A DNA stretch of 64,000 nt from Macrostomum lignano (lineage: Eukaryota). Location of the stretch: assembly GCA_002269645.1 (NCBI GenBank), contig NIVC01000702.1:310001-374000 (forward strand). The letters are read 5' to 3'. The translations under genes and the position numbers were made by a program. Below are positions 27,281-39,800 of this stretch, piece by piece; position 1 is the first letter of the stretch, and each line of letters opens with the position of its first letter. Under the pieces are notes generated by a model, which saw only the letters and a program-made list of their open reading frames with translations, did no database searches and was not told the DNA's origin.

Positions 27281-30200
27281 TGCATGTATGTCCTCTGCGT
27301 CAATGCCTGCGATATTACCTTAACTTAAACTATTATGCAGTTAAAGGTGTGTTAAAGGGACTCAATATATACGGCTATAAGATGCTGCTGACAGACCGCA
27401 CTCATGGTGCCCGCCGGCAGTTTGAGGGCGAGCGGATCGAACGATAGAGGAGAGCGGAGAGGAAGAAGCGGATTGGGAAGAATGCTTGGCGGCACTCGTT
27501 GCCGAGGTCGTGTGGGGAGAAAGGAAAACCAAACAGTCTGGGGGAGGAGGCCGAGCTGAGTACAGTATACTGTGAGCTCTGTGGTACGCTGAAGGCAATG
27601 TGCGTGCATCTAGTCTCGCAGCTTTTCTATCCCCTCCTACAGTTGCCCTCTACTCTATCCTTCATATTCGCGGGTACAGCGCTTCTGCTCATGCATGAAT
27701 CATTGTGAAGCAGCTCACTCTGAAAGTCGCTAGTGACTAAATGTGACACACGGTGTATTTGTTTCCCCATATCCGCATGCTCTATCATCTCAATCCCTAA
27801 CTCTATTTTCAGGCGCCCTGCACAGTTCTTCTAGGATACGTTCGTAGAAGTTCATCCGGATCCGTGTCCCAAAAGCCCTTAGTTTTATTTAATTGACTCT
27901 AAGTCCTGATCCTGATACGCTATCTGTATAATCTTATCTGTACACAGCCGAGCACTGCATGAATACAGGAGCTGAAGCCCATAAAATGAGCCTGAATAAA
28001 GCTTTGCGCACTGACCAATAGAGAAGAGCAAAACTTTAGGGATAGTGGCCTGCGTTATTCATCAGCATTGCTGATCATGCTCAACAGGAACCGCTCTGCA
28101 AAGCTTAGGCTTAAAAGCTAATAAACGGCAGTACAAATCATGAAAGAATGTAGGGATACGTATGTCCCTTTTCCAACAGAAATTGCAATTCTATAAACTG
28201 AAGCCGTTACGCTGACGCTAAACTATGAAGCCGCTCACCCTCTATGGAAGGGACATTTCTATGAAGAAGCAGATCTGACGCCTAGCTGGGCTTCACTCCG
28301 GACCACAAGCTTCACTGGACTCCCCACATGCCCTAAAGCCAAAAAGCCATAAACTAAGTGGCCGTCCTGGCTCAGATCAAGCGCTCCGGTGGGAACTACC
28401 TGGGGGCTCACCCCTTGAAAGCTGTGGTGGATTTACACTGTAGTTATTCATATCCGATCAGTTACGTCAGACTCGTGTGGGCCAGCGGCCTGAGTGTCAA
28501 GGGTGACGTCGACGCTCTCTATTGAGTCCAGGGCAGAGCTTGGCGCATGACTATGCAAGAATGCCTGATCGTCAGTGCCCCTCCTCTGGACATTTTAGAT
28601 CAAAGGAGAGGCTGCAAAGAGCACCCGACGTCTCCTAGATGTTGGGGTGGCATTAAAAATGCGGGCCTTTAAAGAAGCATTCGCTGCCCCGAACTCTGAC
28701 AGCTCTGCCTTAAAACTCGGGGAGTGTGGCGGGGCTCAAAGTCCTCACGGAGGTACAAAAGGTCACCATTCAGCCTCGACATGAGGCGAGTGACAGCTGG
28801 AGCGATTCCAAAGTCCAGTGTTGCGGTGACGGCTCAATGAGGCATGGTATTTCTGGCTTCGGTGCATGCGTACTTATCAAAGGGAGAAGCGGTGTGGAGC
28901 TACTCTGCATGGTTTCCCTGGCAACGAGTGCGTTGACTTGCTGGGCCGCAGACTCCGCCGTATTTAGTTCCGTCGGTAAGGAGGAGGCGAGGCCGACGGG
29001 TCCCCCTTGAGCGACATCACTTCGATGAAAACTACTGTATTGGTGGAATGCGGAATGGGTGCATGGTCGATGCATCCACCGGTCGATGTCTCCTGAAACA
29101 AAGTCAAGTAAGCCTGTAAGGGCACAGACAGTTCTTATAAAACCCTATGAACTCCGATGCCCAGCCACGCTGACCATAAACACTTTCTACTGTACCAGAC
29201 AGATAGTTTGTGGCCCTACCGGCTGATTCTCGGCTTGCACCCAGAGTCTAGACTCCATTGTTGTTTTAAACTTGGCCACAATATTAATAATTTCCGTTCC
29301 GAAACCAGTGGTAAATAAGTGGCAGTTTTAGCGAATCCAGCTCTAGCCATAACTCTCCACTCTCTCCTCACCAGCCTAAGCTAAAGTATTGTGTTGTGAA
29401 GAAAATTGCATCATCTACAGTTGAGATGAATTGCGTCACCTGGGGCTGTGATATTTTCGGGATGGAAACTTTAACATGTCGCTGGATGTAAATGTGTCTA
29501 TTTAACATTTTACTTCGTCTGTACATGCAAAAAGCCAAAGTCATATTAGGTAGACAACTATATAGCTCCATACGCAGCATCTATACTCTTATTTTAGTTG
29601 ATTCGAGATGAAGTTTTGTTTAGATATGGTTCCGCTTAAATTATGAAAACAGTGACTGAAAGTTCAACAAAGCAACAAGCTATTAACAGTAGAAAGACCA
29701 CGCTATTCTTCCCCAATATGGGCAAACATTTTTCCCCATAATATGCAGACATGCCTGGTTTGGTGCCTCGATAGAAAAATCACGATGTTGGCGGTGTCAG
29801 CTCGTCGGGGCTGCGTGGTGGCACTCGGTTGAAGGTCCCGAAGGTCGCCTGTATGTCTACAGGTCAGCCTAGAGGGTTGCCATCGTGCATTTCATTCACC
29901 GATTATGTCTACTGACTGAATGCTGCATGCAGAAGAGGATTCTTCCATTTCAGTTTTGGGAACGCAGCCGTCTCTGAGATGCCGATCGGGTGCTTTTGTT
30001 GAAGGTCCTGACGGTCGCCGCCGATGCTCCAGACGGTGATGAAAGGGACCCTTTTGCCTGGGATGCTGAGAACAAAGGCCTCTACGACAGATGGACCCAG
30101 ATTATTGAGCCAATTCCGATTCACCATAAAGATTTATTAAGTGTAGTGTTGGTTGTCCTTACCACCAGTGTCTTCAAAAGAATCGTTGAATATCTCGACG

Positions 30201-30890
30201 CTGCTGACGTCGGATGACTTTGAAAGTTAGTTCGTCGGAAAGGGCGGAAAATTTTGATCCACATGGTGAACTTTTACGAAAATCGGTAAATCGGTTTGCG
30301 AGCTATCGTGAAATGGGTCGTGTGTTTTTGTAATACACCCCGTGGTCTTTCCCCATGGGGAAAATAGCGTGGTCTTTCTACTGTTAACACGGAGCTACTT
30401 CTTGTCCATAATATAATTTTAGTATTGACAAAAAGTCAGCCCGTGTTATGGATTTTCGTGTGTCTGCGTGGCTCCGTGAAAAATATTTTTTTTAAAAAAG
30501 AAAAGAAAGTTGCGCAGCCGTAAAGTCGTTTTTTGGTTTTGCCAGTCACTGTAAGGCATCCATGCAAGCCTATAGTTGGAAAGTAGCATGAATTATTGAA
30601 ATAACTTTAAAATATTTGATCAGAAGATATTATCTTCAACTATTTTTGTGGGTCTACGCCATACCCAGAAACCCAGAAAAACTTTATACTTTCCCTGTAG
30701 GTTTGAAGTTCTGCAACAAAAAATTTAAACTATTCAAAAATGCAAATTTACACGTGGCAAAAACTTATTTTGTATTTAAAGCTGCAAGTCTCTTTCTACT
30801 TGAATGTTCGACATAAGAAGGATTTATACTCCGAATTCATTCTCCGAGGACCGAAGCGATTATAAGATTATTAACTCCGGTAGTCAAGCC

Positions 30891-32247
30891 ATGCAAAAGC
30901 GCTGCGTGCTTCTCTTCCTTGTCCTCTGCGTGTCGCTGGTTCCGTACGCCTCTGCTGCAGAGTTTCAGGTGAACTTCTTGAAGAAGCCTCCTAGCATCAT
31001 GTACAACCTGTTCTATGAGAAGTACGAGCTCGATCTGGCCCTCAAAATCACTGAGGTCGCCTCGCAGAGTCCTGACGGGAAGCGGAAAGTCACCGGACTA
31101 AAAGTGATACCTGAAAATGGAATGCAAAAGCAGGACTTCGGTGCCACCGTGCTGGCTCGAGTGTCCAGCGATGGAACTTCGGGCAAACTTGTCTTCGTGT
31201 GCAGAACCTTGCACAGGTGCATGAGTATTAGGAAAAAAATCTCTGATCATCCTCTCTTCATCCAGCAGGCTGTGCAGTTCGCGCCCTTCGGTACGCAGGG
31301 CCCCATTCCCACTCAGTTTGGTGCCGTCCGCTCTGCATCCGGCCCTGCACCCGTCCCTGCTGAGGTGGTCTTCCAGAGGCACCTGGACAACAGCCTCTCG
31401 TTCGCCCAGAACTGGCACGGCTACGTGAAAGGATTCGGAGATCCCAGCGGCAATTACTGGATGGGTGAGTAGTTAATTATGTTTACATCGGCTCACTATA
31501 AATCTGTACGTCAATAATAGCTGAAAACTTAGCTATAAGTCGCGTATCGCTCCCAGACTTTGGCATTCCAGCTCAAGCTCAATACTCGAATGTGGTCCCT
31601 AAGCAACCAATGAATGAATCAGACTGGGAATCAAGTAACAATGATAACCAATAGCATTCGGCCACCAGAGAGAGAAGGGTATTCGATTTAGAGTGTCACT
31701 TGTATTGGCTAACAAGTGATGCATGGGTATCTTTAGCTGAAAAATCTGTATACTACAGGGGTAAAAATCAAATCAAAAAAGTTACAAACAGTTTTTATTT
31801 GAACTCCTCAATCCGACAGGTTTAGAGCAGCTTTTAGCCATGACAAAAGACCGTCATTGCCAGCTCATCTATGAGGGAGTTCGGATCGATAACGGTAAAC
31901 TTATGCGTGGGACTTTCAAGCGCTTTGGGCTGCACGGAGCGGACGAGAACTACAAGCTGGTGCTCGAAGATCAGGAGCCGGGTGGTGACCTCTGGAAAGG
32001 TACCGCCGAGTATTTCAACGCAATGCAGTTCAGCACCTTTGATGCGGATAATGATAAATATAAAGGAGAATGCACAAAGGAGCAAGGACACAATGCTGGC
32101 TGGTGGTATAAAGACTGTCATCGCTTAAATCCAAATAGTTGGATCACCACTTCTCCGAGTTTCTGCTGGAATTGGTGCTCAGCAGTTGATGTAAACAAAA
32201 TAGACATTTGCATTAAGAGTACGAAGCTGTCCTTCAGCTGCAGCTGA
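30891..32247 (+). CDS. Secreted fibrinogen-related domain protein (FReP), copy A
   Basis: Exons 30891-31464 and 31820-32247 join in phase 1 (NYWMG|LEQL). Signal peptide [22 protein letters not shown]; FReD motifs [39 protein letters not shown] and GWWYKDCHRLNPN. Confidence 0.9.
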
Positions 32248-32721
32248 GACAAACGTCTGCAAGACCGGCTCCTGTTGGGGACTGCGAGATTCAACTAAAG
32301 CTTTCTGGTCTCAGTAAATAAATGAATAATAAATGACTGTTGTACCAGCCTTAACTATAGTATTCCACTGTTTCTCCGTGTTTCTTTTTGGCTATTGAAG
32401 GCGGGAGGGGGGTATGGGAGTGAAAAATCGACATAACATTTAGAAGTCCGGAAGTCTCTATACGAATATAGGCCCATATCACGGCGCAAGTCCATCCTCA
32501 AGTTAAATCAAGTCTACGACGTAGAACATTACAGATCTAAACTTGTAGTCAACCACGAATTCTGTTAAAATTGACGGCGTGCCGTTATTGGCACAGAAAT
32601 CGAAGTCAGGACAGAACCGATTGCAAGAAACTATCTACAGTAATAGCAATCGAAGCTGAAAACTTTAGAAGCTTTTTCTTTGTACAATTTTGCTTTTGAT
32701 GTGTACAAGTAGTATTTGAAG

Positions 32722-32723
<2 letters not shown>

Positions 32724-32771
<48 letters not shown>
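32724..32771. repeat. (GT)n microsatellite (copy A)
   Basis: Directly visible; counterpart at 49291-49322. Confidence 0.9.
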
Positions 32772-32772
<1 letters not shown>

Positions 32773-33082
32773 AGGGATGAAAGTGTTTCAGGCTCAAAGA
32801 AATGTGTCAGTGAGGAAGGAAGGTATATTTTGTAAGACCGTGGGTTGAATTGCAGAGAATAACAAAACGTGAGGAGACCTCACTGGCTCACGCCAATATA
32901 TTTAATGTCAAAGTTGGGGTGGGTGTAACCACCCTAAGCACGCACACGCCGCAGCACTAAACCCCAACCCCCAAACCAGCCAGACGTGCACATCTAAGTG
33001 CACGCGCACCAACAAGCCAGACTACAATTTATTCGGAAGAAACTAATGCGTCAGGAGTGAATGAACGCCTCAGCGATGAAGT

Positions 33083-33866
33083 AACAACAACAACAACAAA
33101 GAACTCCTTCCACCGACCACACGAAGTGGCCAGAGGAGGAGGAGTCAGATGGCACTCCGATGGGCCAGGTCCCTCAGAAAGTCACACCCGCCCGCCTGGT
33201 CAAGGGCCTTTCGCCCTTGGCCTCGCCTGCGCGGTCCCTGCAGCTGAAGCAGCAGCACGTCATGCAGCGGCTCCCGGCAGCGAGCTTCCGACAGGATGAC
33301 GTGGCCAGCCAGTCGGCGTCGTCGCCCGCGCAGCAGGTCAGAAGGCCGCGTCAGGCTTGCCCTCTCATAGAGCGCGGCGTTCGTCTCGGTGCCTGGGCCG
33401 CAACGAACTCTAAAAGCAGCACACAGCATGGCCGCATGCGCAGCGTCCAGCTGCCCCTCTAAGGGCGTCCGTCAGGGTCCAGGTCTCTGCGTTGTACAAC
33501 AGGATAGTCTCAACGACTGCCTGGAACAGCTGAGACCTGAGCCATCCAGGGCCCCAGAGTGCAGCACAGCGCACAGTGCGGAGAGCAGCCCAGGCCAGTC
33601 TGCGCCGTCTCGCCAGGTCGCCGGCGTCATCTGGAACGAGGCCGTCGAGGAACACGAAGTGCCTGCTGCGGGTAGCGAAGTCACTGGGCAGCGGTTCCTC
33701 ATGAGTAGATGATCTCGGCCGGCAAGTCCGAAGGGACCGTGAATACTTTGGTCTTCTGCGCAATCGGCGTGAGTCCGAACCGCGCCGCTGTCACCGTCAG
33801 ACCAACCAGCAGCCGTTGGGCGCCTTCGGCCGTCGATCGGACAGCAGCGTGAGGTCGTCCGTGTAG
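33083..33866 (-). mobile_element. 5'-truncated, degenerate non-LTR retrotransposon (RTE-like) 3' fragment, copy A
   Basis: The minus strand encodes YTDDLTLL (RT YADD box), FQAVVETILLYNAETW and RRRRLAGH, with stops and frameshifts. It ends in a (TTG)n tail. Confidence 0.8.
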
Positions 33867-33980
33867 ACAGACAGACACTAAGACAGACAGACAGACAGAC
33901 AGACACTAAGACAGACAGACAGACAGACAGAAAGACACTAAGACAGACACTAAGACAGACAGACAGACAGACAGACAGAC

Positions 33981-34079
<99 letters not shown>

Positions 34080-34082
34080 CTA

Positions 34083-34159
<77 letters not shown>

Positions 34160-34177
34160 TAGACAGACAGACAGATG

Positions 34178-34233
<56 letters not shown>

Positions 34234-34235
34234 GG

Positions 34236-34270
<35 letters not shown>
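33866..34270. repeat. (GACA)n microsatellite (copy A)
   Basis: Directly visible; abuts the RT YTDD codons. Confidence 0.97.
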
Positions 34271-34272
<2 letters not shown>

Positions 34273-34855
34273 TCATCAGAGAAGTCAGGGCATCCACTGC
34301 TTCACTGACAGTCTGTCTATGTGCGAAGGCAAGGGTGTGGGGATCCTGCAAGAGTCTTCATCTTAGTGTAAATGGCTTGGTTTTTCTATCCGAAGTCATG
34401 GCCATCAGCCAATGTGCTGAGCAACTACACAATGCTAACATCATGGTAGCTTTGACATAAATTTATACTCTGACAGTCAGACCGCTATAAGGCCTTGTTC
34501 TCTACCAAGCTGTCTGCTGTCTCTTTAAGTAATATTGACCTCAGAGGACATACTCGTACATGTATCTCACTACAAAGCTGTTTTTTCTCCTATTTGCCCC
34601 TATTGTGGCTTAGAGAATGAAAATCCAACGCACCACGTCACCTCGGCTGTCCCGGTAAGGTTAAACGAATCTGCGGTCTGCCTGCGCGGATTCTTCCGGG
34701 ATTTCTGCTGCTGGCGAGGATAGGAGCAGTCCCAAGGCTAGTAACGCCTTTCTGTTTTTTTTAGCTTGGGGTTGAGATCAAGGACGACTCAAGCTTTCCG
34801 TTGAAGGACGGAAAACCTTGTTTCTTAGAAAATTGAAGAAAGGTTTTTTTCTCCG

Positions 34856-35312
34856 AAAAAAATACACTACGGAGATAGGAAGTTTTCATTTTTCAGCACA
34901 AAAATTGTTATTGCTTTTGATAGGAGGCAGACCCAGTGTTCATCTTTTGATATGTTGTGCCTTTCTTATTTGCATGTACATGTATCTTGTGCCTAAAAAA
35001 CCATTAAAATGACACGGCTCAGCTCTTTGGTTTCATGAGTCTATTTTATCATTCTTAGCTGACTGTATAACAAATATTTGTAACAGAGATGATAAAATAG
35101 ATTCATAAAACCAAAGATTCGAGCTGTAGCATGCATTTTTATGATTTTTAGGTACAGGAAATGTACGTAGAATAAAAAATTCACATAGAATCCTAACTCT
35201 TTGAACAAAAAGCTTTATGAATATCAATAGAGCAATAAGAAAGGCACAATTAACATATCAAAAGATGAACACTGGATCTGCCTCCTATCAAAAGCAATAA
35301 CATTTTTTGTTA
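34856..35312. mobile_element. Foldback MITE-like element (copy 3)
   Basis: Nested inverted arms, e.g. ttgataggaggcagacccagtgttcatcttttgatatg versus catatcaaaagatgaacactggatctgcctcctatcaa, and tctttggtttcatgagtctattttatcat versus atgataaaatagattcataaaaccaaaga. Confidence 0.75.
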
Positions 35313-36816
35313 GCAGAGATTGGGGCCTAATGTACTAAAATCTTTAAAAGGATTATGGAAGAAAACAGCTTTCCAGGAAACCGACGACAGAATTCAAAGA
35401 CGCATCTAATTAAGATTTATAAATTAGATAAAATGCATCGATCAAGTAAGTGTTTTTCTGAATTGAATAAAAAAATAATAAGACTAACTTGACCTGCCGC
35501 TGATGAAAAATGCAAGTAAAAAATAATAAAATGTGTTTTTTTAATTCTAACGTACATGCATGCCATTATATGGTCATTTGAAAAATGCATTTTCGAATTA
35601 TAATCGGTCGGTATCCAATATTGAGTAGTTTACTAGTTTCCATTGGTTTTCTTCGCTTTGTATGGCGATAGCTGATTTTCTGAAATTAAAAGTTTAATGT
35701 AAATTCCTTTTAGTTGACTATATGCAGTTACTTTATTGTAAAATAATTTATAGCAAACTTGCAGTGCCGTAAACAATTTAAGTAAAACACGAAACTTTAT
35801 TTTCCAAATTGTACTGCTCATAAAACACAAATCGCTTTTGTTTAAATTAGCTATATTAATTATTCAGTTTAGTTAAAACAAAAATCATGACTATACAAAA
35901 CTGTTTTGTTCATAATTGTATCTATTAAAATGGTAAAATATTTTTGTGTGCAACAGGATGGAATTTAATAAATCATCATTTTAAACAAAGAATCATGTAA
36001 ACGATTTCAATTATTAAATTCATTCCAATTTTAGAATTATTAAAATTTGAGTATTAGAATGCTATTACATGAGCACCTTAGAATTCCAGTATAGATACAA
36101 TTCTTAGACTGTCATTAGATGAGATTCTGATGAGATGACAGATAAGTTAGAATGCCTGCTTGTTTTGGGGGATGCCTGCCTTGTCTGCTGCCTGTTGTGT
36201 CACAAATTTTCCTTACGCACCCAATTTAAAGGTCATATTCATGCCAATGCCAATGCAGCAGGAATTTTAGCATGTAGGGCCAAGGTAGCAATTATTTTTC
36301 CATGCTAAAATTTTACTTGTGATGGCTTTTCAACACATGTGCTTCAAAAACTCACTGATTTCTTCAACTGCTAGAGAAATCTTCGCATAACATTCTGCTT
36401 GTTTCATCCGCCTGCGCACTCAGTCGATTCGTGTTGACTCGAGTTGGCTCTCACCAGACGGCACCAGTCTGTATAGTTTCTGTTGAACGTTAAATTCAAT
36501 GAACAAAAGTTTACAGGTCTGCATCAGGAGTGACAAAATAGATATACGATTATAGAATGGGTCACGAATAATAAAATAGATCAGAGATTACAAAAATAGA
36601 TCATGGTTCACACAATGGTCAGAAAATAAAGAATGGGTCTGAAAATATCCTTTCATTATTTCCCACTTACAGTACACTTTTGGCATTTGCACTTCAAGTC
36701 CCCGTTGTCACTGCCATGGTACAACATAGTAATCACCATCACCACGTCTAGTTTCACTACATTATGGCTTGAGAAAAACATGCAAACATGTGTACATCAT
36801 CGACTCACGCATATGC

Positions 36817-39800
36817 CTAGTCTCCTGTAAGCACTTCAGGGTAAACAACGTTCCTAGTCTTGGTTCCGAAAATTCGCACACGGACATTAGCCGCGTTCTT
36901 CGCTCGTGACAGAGCCGTGTACAGCTGGCCATGAGTGAAGCAACCGACTGCCAGGTCCACGCCAACTGTGTCCAGAGACTGTCCCTGCGACTTGTGGATC
37001 GTCAGGCAAAAACTCGGCTTCACAGGGAACTGCAGCCGCTTAAAACTGACGGGCAGGTCCGCATTGCTTGGAATCAGCGGAATTCGCGGCAGAAGAATCT
37101 CGTCTCCCGTGAACTGGCCGGCGGCAATCTTGCATCTAAGCACGTTATCGCCCATTGCGAGTATGATCAGCCGCGTACCATTGCACATCCGTGGCGGGTT
37201 GATGTTCCTGAGAAGCACCACCGGCATACCGACTTTCAGCCTCAGCAAGTGAATCGGAAAGTTTGGAGCATCCAGCTGGTTGAGCAACTCAGGCGGGAAG
37301 TGCGTAGCGGCATCCTCATCGGCCACGCTGTCTATCGAGCGGTACTCCCGCAGGCTGCCGGGGAACATGCCCAGGCACGTCTCATTAATGGCATCGACAG
37401 AGTCGTTGTAAGGCGCCAGGATCGCTCGGCTTGCAAAATAGCCGTCTCTCTCCACTGACTCCTCAAACGATGGGTAAACAAAATTGATTAGATCAGTGAG
37501 TGGCCCCTCCGCAGATATCACGATCTCGACTGGGAGGGACACTTTCTCCTCCACATCCTGCTCCATTGTTCCAGATCCGATCTGTGAGGAGTGAAACAGT
37601 CAGTCAAAAGCTAGCCAGACTTTTAGGTTAGACATTCTGAATAAAGCACAATAAAAGCATTTTGCATTTTTTTCACAAAAACCCGCCCTTTAAATTTAAC
37701 ACCCGGAATTATTAAATATTTAAGTCAACAAAGACCAAACTTACCTGCTTGAGTAGCTCGGTGTACTTTACATATGTTGCAGAATCGGAACTGCTCAGCA
37801 ATCGGATGTTTCTCGTCAGACGATGCCGCCGGAAAAATTTCCACAGCGGGGATCTACTAACACACGCCATAACGTTATTCGCACGCGTCCCATTCAAAAC
37901 AACTGGCAAGAGCTGGCGATAGTCACCAGCGCAAACAAACACCAGTCCGCCGAATGGCACGTCCTGCTTTCGCACGTCTCGCAAGCACCGGTCGACTACC
38001 TCCAAATCCTTCCGGTTAGTCATGGAAATCTCGTCCCAGACAATTAGACGCGCTGTCCGAAACACGGCGGCTTGTTTGGACTGCGCTCCAACAGAGCAGA
38101 CGTCTTTGTTAGAGCGGACCGCCCGGATAGGGATCTTGAACCTGTCATGAACAGTTGGTTTCGGCGCAATCATGTACAGCGGAACAATGCGGCTTAGTCA
38201 GATAGTAAGCAACTCACGTGGAATGCGCAGTCTGTCCACCTGGCAACAGAGTCGCTGCGATTCCAGAAGCCGCAACGGCGAGGGCGACTTCCCCCCGGCT
38301 GCGCACGAAGGCCAGCAAAACCTCCAGTAGGAAGGTCTTGCCAGTGCCAGCGGGCGCGTCCAGGAAGTGCAAGCCGCCGTTGCCGCTCACAAGATCCTGA
38401 GTCACTGACTCGTACACCGCTTTCTGCTCGTCTGTCAGCATTGGTAAGCGCGCCTCAGTAATCTGCGCTTGCTCGACCGCATCAAACTGCATCGGTCCAA
38501 CTTGAGGCATCGCGGATGCCGCAGGCAGGCCGTAATCTGGCAGGTTGTTCCCGCCCATGGAGGTCAGCATGCTCTGCAGCTCGCGCAGCGCCAGGTCAGT
38601 AATCTCCTCGGTGCTCAAGTCTCGGTAATGAAACCGCAGGTCCTCGCACATATCCTCGGCAAAGCTGCACCAGAGGTCGTTGCCATCATCAGGGTCACCC
38701 CATATGAGAATGACAGCCAGAAGATGTCTCAGGGCTCTTGGCATTCTTGACTGAACGGCCTCAGCTAGGCACCGCCGCCAGTGGTCATCTCGCTGCAGCA
38801 GGCCGAGGGCCATGCAAGCAGCCTTGGCGCTCGGGTGCACAACGCCATCCACAGTCTGCAGCGCCTCAAAGCTGGTTGGTCCCCTAACCTGCAAAAGGAG
38901 CATGCGAACATAAAATAAATCACCAGTTCTTGGGCTCACCGTGTACATGCGTGCAACGTTTGTGTTCCGCACTACACCCGGGTTGCCATCGACTTTCGCG
39001 CCTCGCTTCGCTCGCCGCCACACTCTTTCACTGGCATGCCAAACGAAGTAGGACGGCACCTCCGTGTAGAGCAAGGACCGAGCAAACTCGTCAGTACGGC
39101 ACAGCTTGAAAAATGCCGTCAACGTAGAGTCCCTCGGCGTCCTGGCTCTAGTACTTGCGGTCTGCTCGTTGAAATACACGAGCTGCTCCTCCGACTTGTG
39201 AACGCAGAGCCGGATGACCGCCGGAAATCTGTCGTGCACCTGATCAGAAGGTGGGAGAAATAAATACCTTTAAAGTTGTTGCTGACTTCTAAAGCTCACA
39301 GCTTTGCAATATTTAAAATTTAAAATACTTATTACTTCAAAGCCCAAAATGGTATTCACGGCTTCCATTGGGCCAATGTAGCGCGCAGACAGATACTCCT
39401 TGATTTCATCACGCGGCCTCTCTCCATCGTTTGCCGCTACCGTTTGTGCCGGCTGTTGGCTACCCACAGCCTGCTCTCTCGGATCAGTTGAATTCTTATT
39501 GGCGTCGACTTTGAACGTCGCCATGTCGCCGCCCTTCAGCAAGTACTTGATCACGTACTTGACCGATTTCACAGTGGCACAAACTTCAACGTTCATGTGG
39601 CACGCAAACTGGAGCAACAGGTCAGGGCTGTACGGAACAACCCACCTATATTTTTATTAAAAAAAGAATGTCATTAACTTTTAAAAATACAAAAGCAGAA
39701 AAGTACAATTAGGCAATATCATTTCAACTCGCCTGTTGTCCATGCGAATGCTGCGGCCTTTGAACAGTTTGTCCACCGTAAATCCGCCCATCTCAGGCGA

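Larger units (their letters stand above)
30288..36030 (+). repeat. Segmental duplication copy A (direct repeat of 46210-52184)
   Basis: Colinear match from aaatcggtttgcgagctatcg to attaaattcattccaatt. It includes the FReP gene, (GT)n, the RTE stub, (GACA)n and the MITE. Confidence 0.95.

Noticed and set aside
27700-30280. Unexplained moderately GC-rich region with short ORFs and EGPEGR/EGPDGR-like peptides
   Set aside because: No recognisable domain, LTR pair, PBS or consistent splice model was found. It may be a decayed element or gene fragment.
31216-31365. Two possible small introns (52 and 74 nt) inside FReP exon 1
   Set aside because: Their combined removal keeps the frame, but the unspliced frame is already open and the second acceptor (GAG) is weak. 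Unresolved without cDNA.
35495-36145. CTGATGA motifs suggesting hammerhead ribozymes
   Set aside because: No correctly spaced GAAA core or supporting stems.
36370-36400. CTAG at 36371 as the Helitron 3' end
   Set aside because: It is not preceded by A on the plus strand, has no adjacent GC-rich hairpin, and the flank does not match the expected MITE target half.
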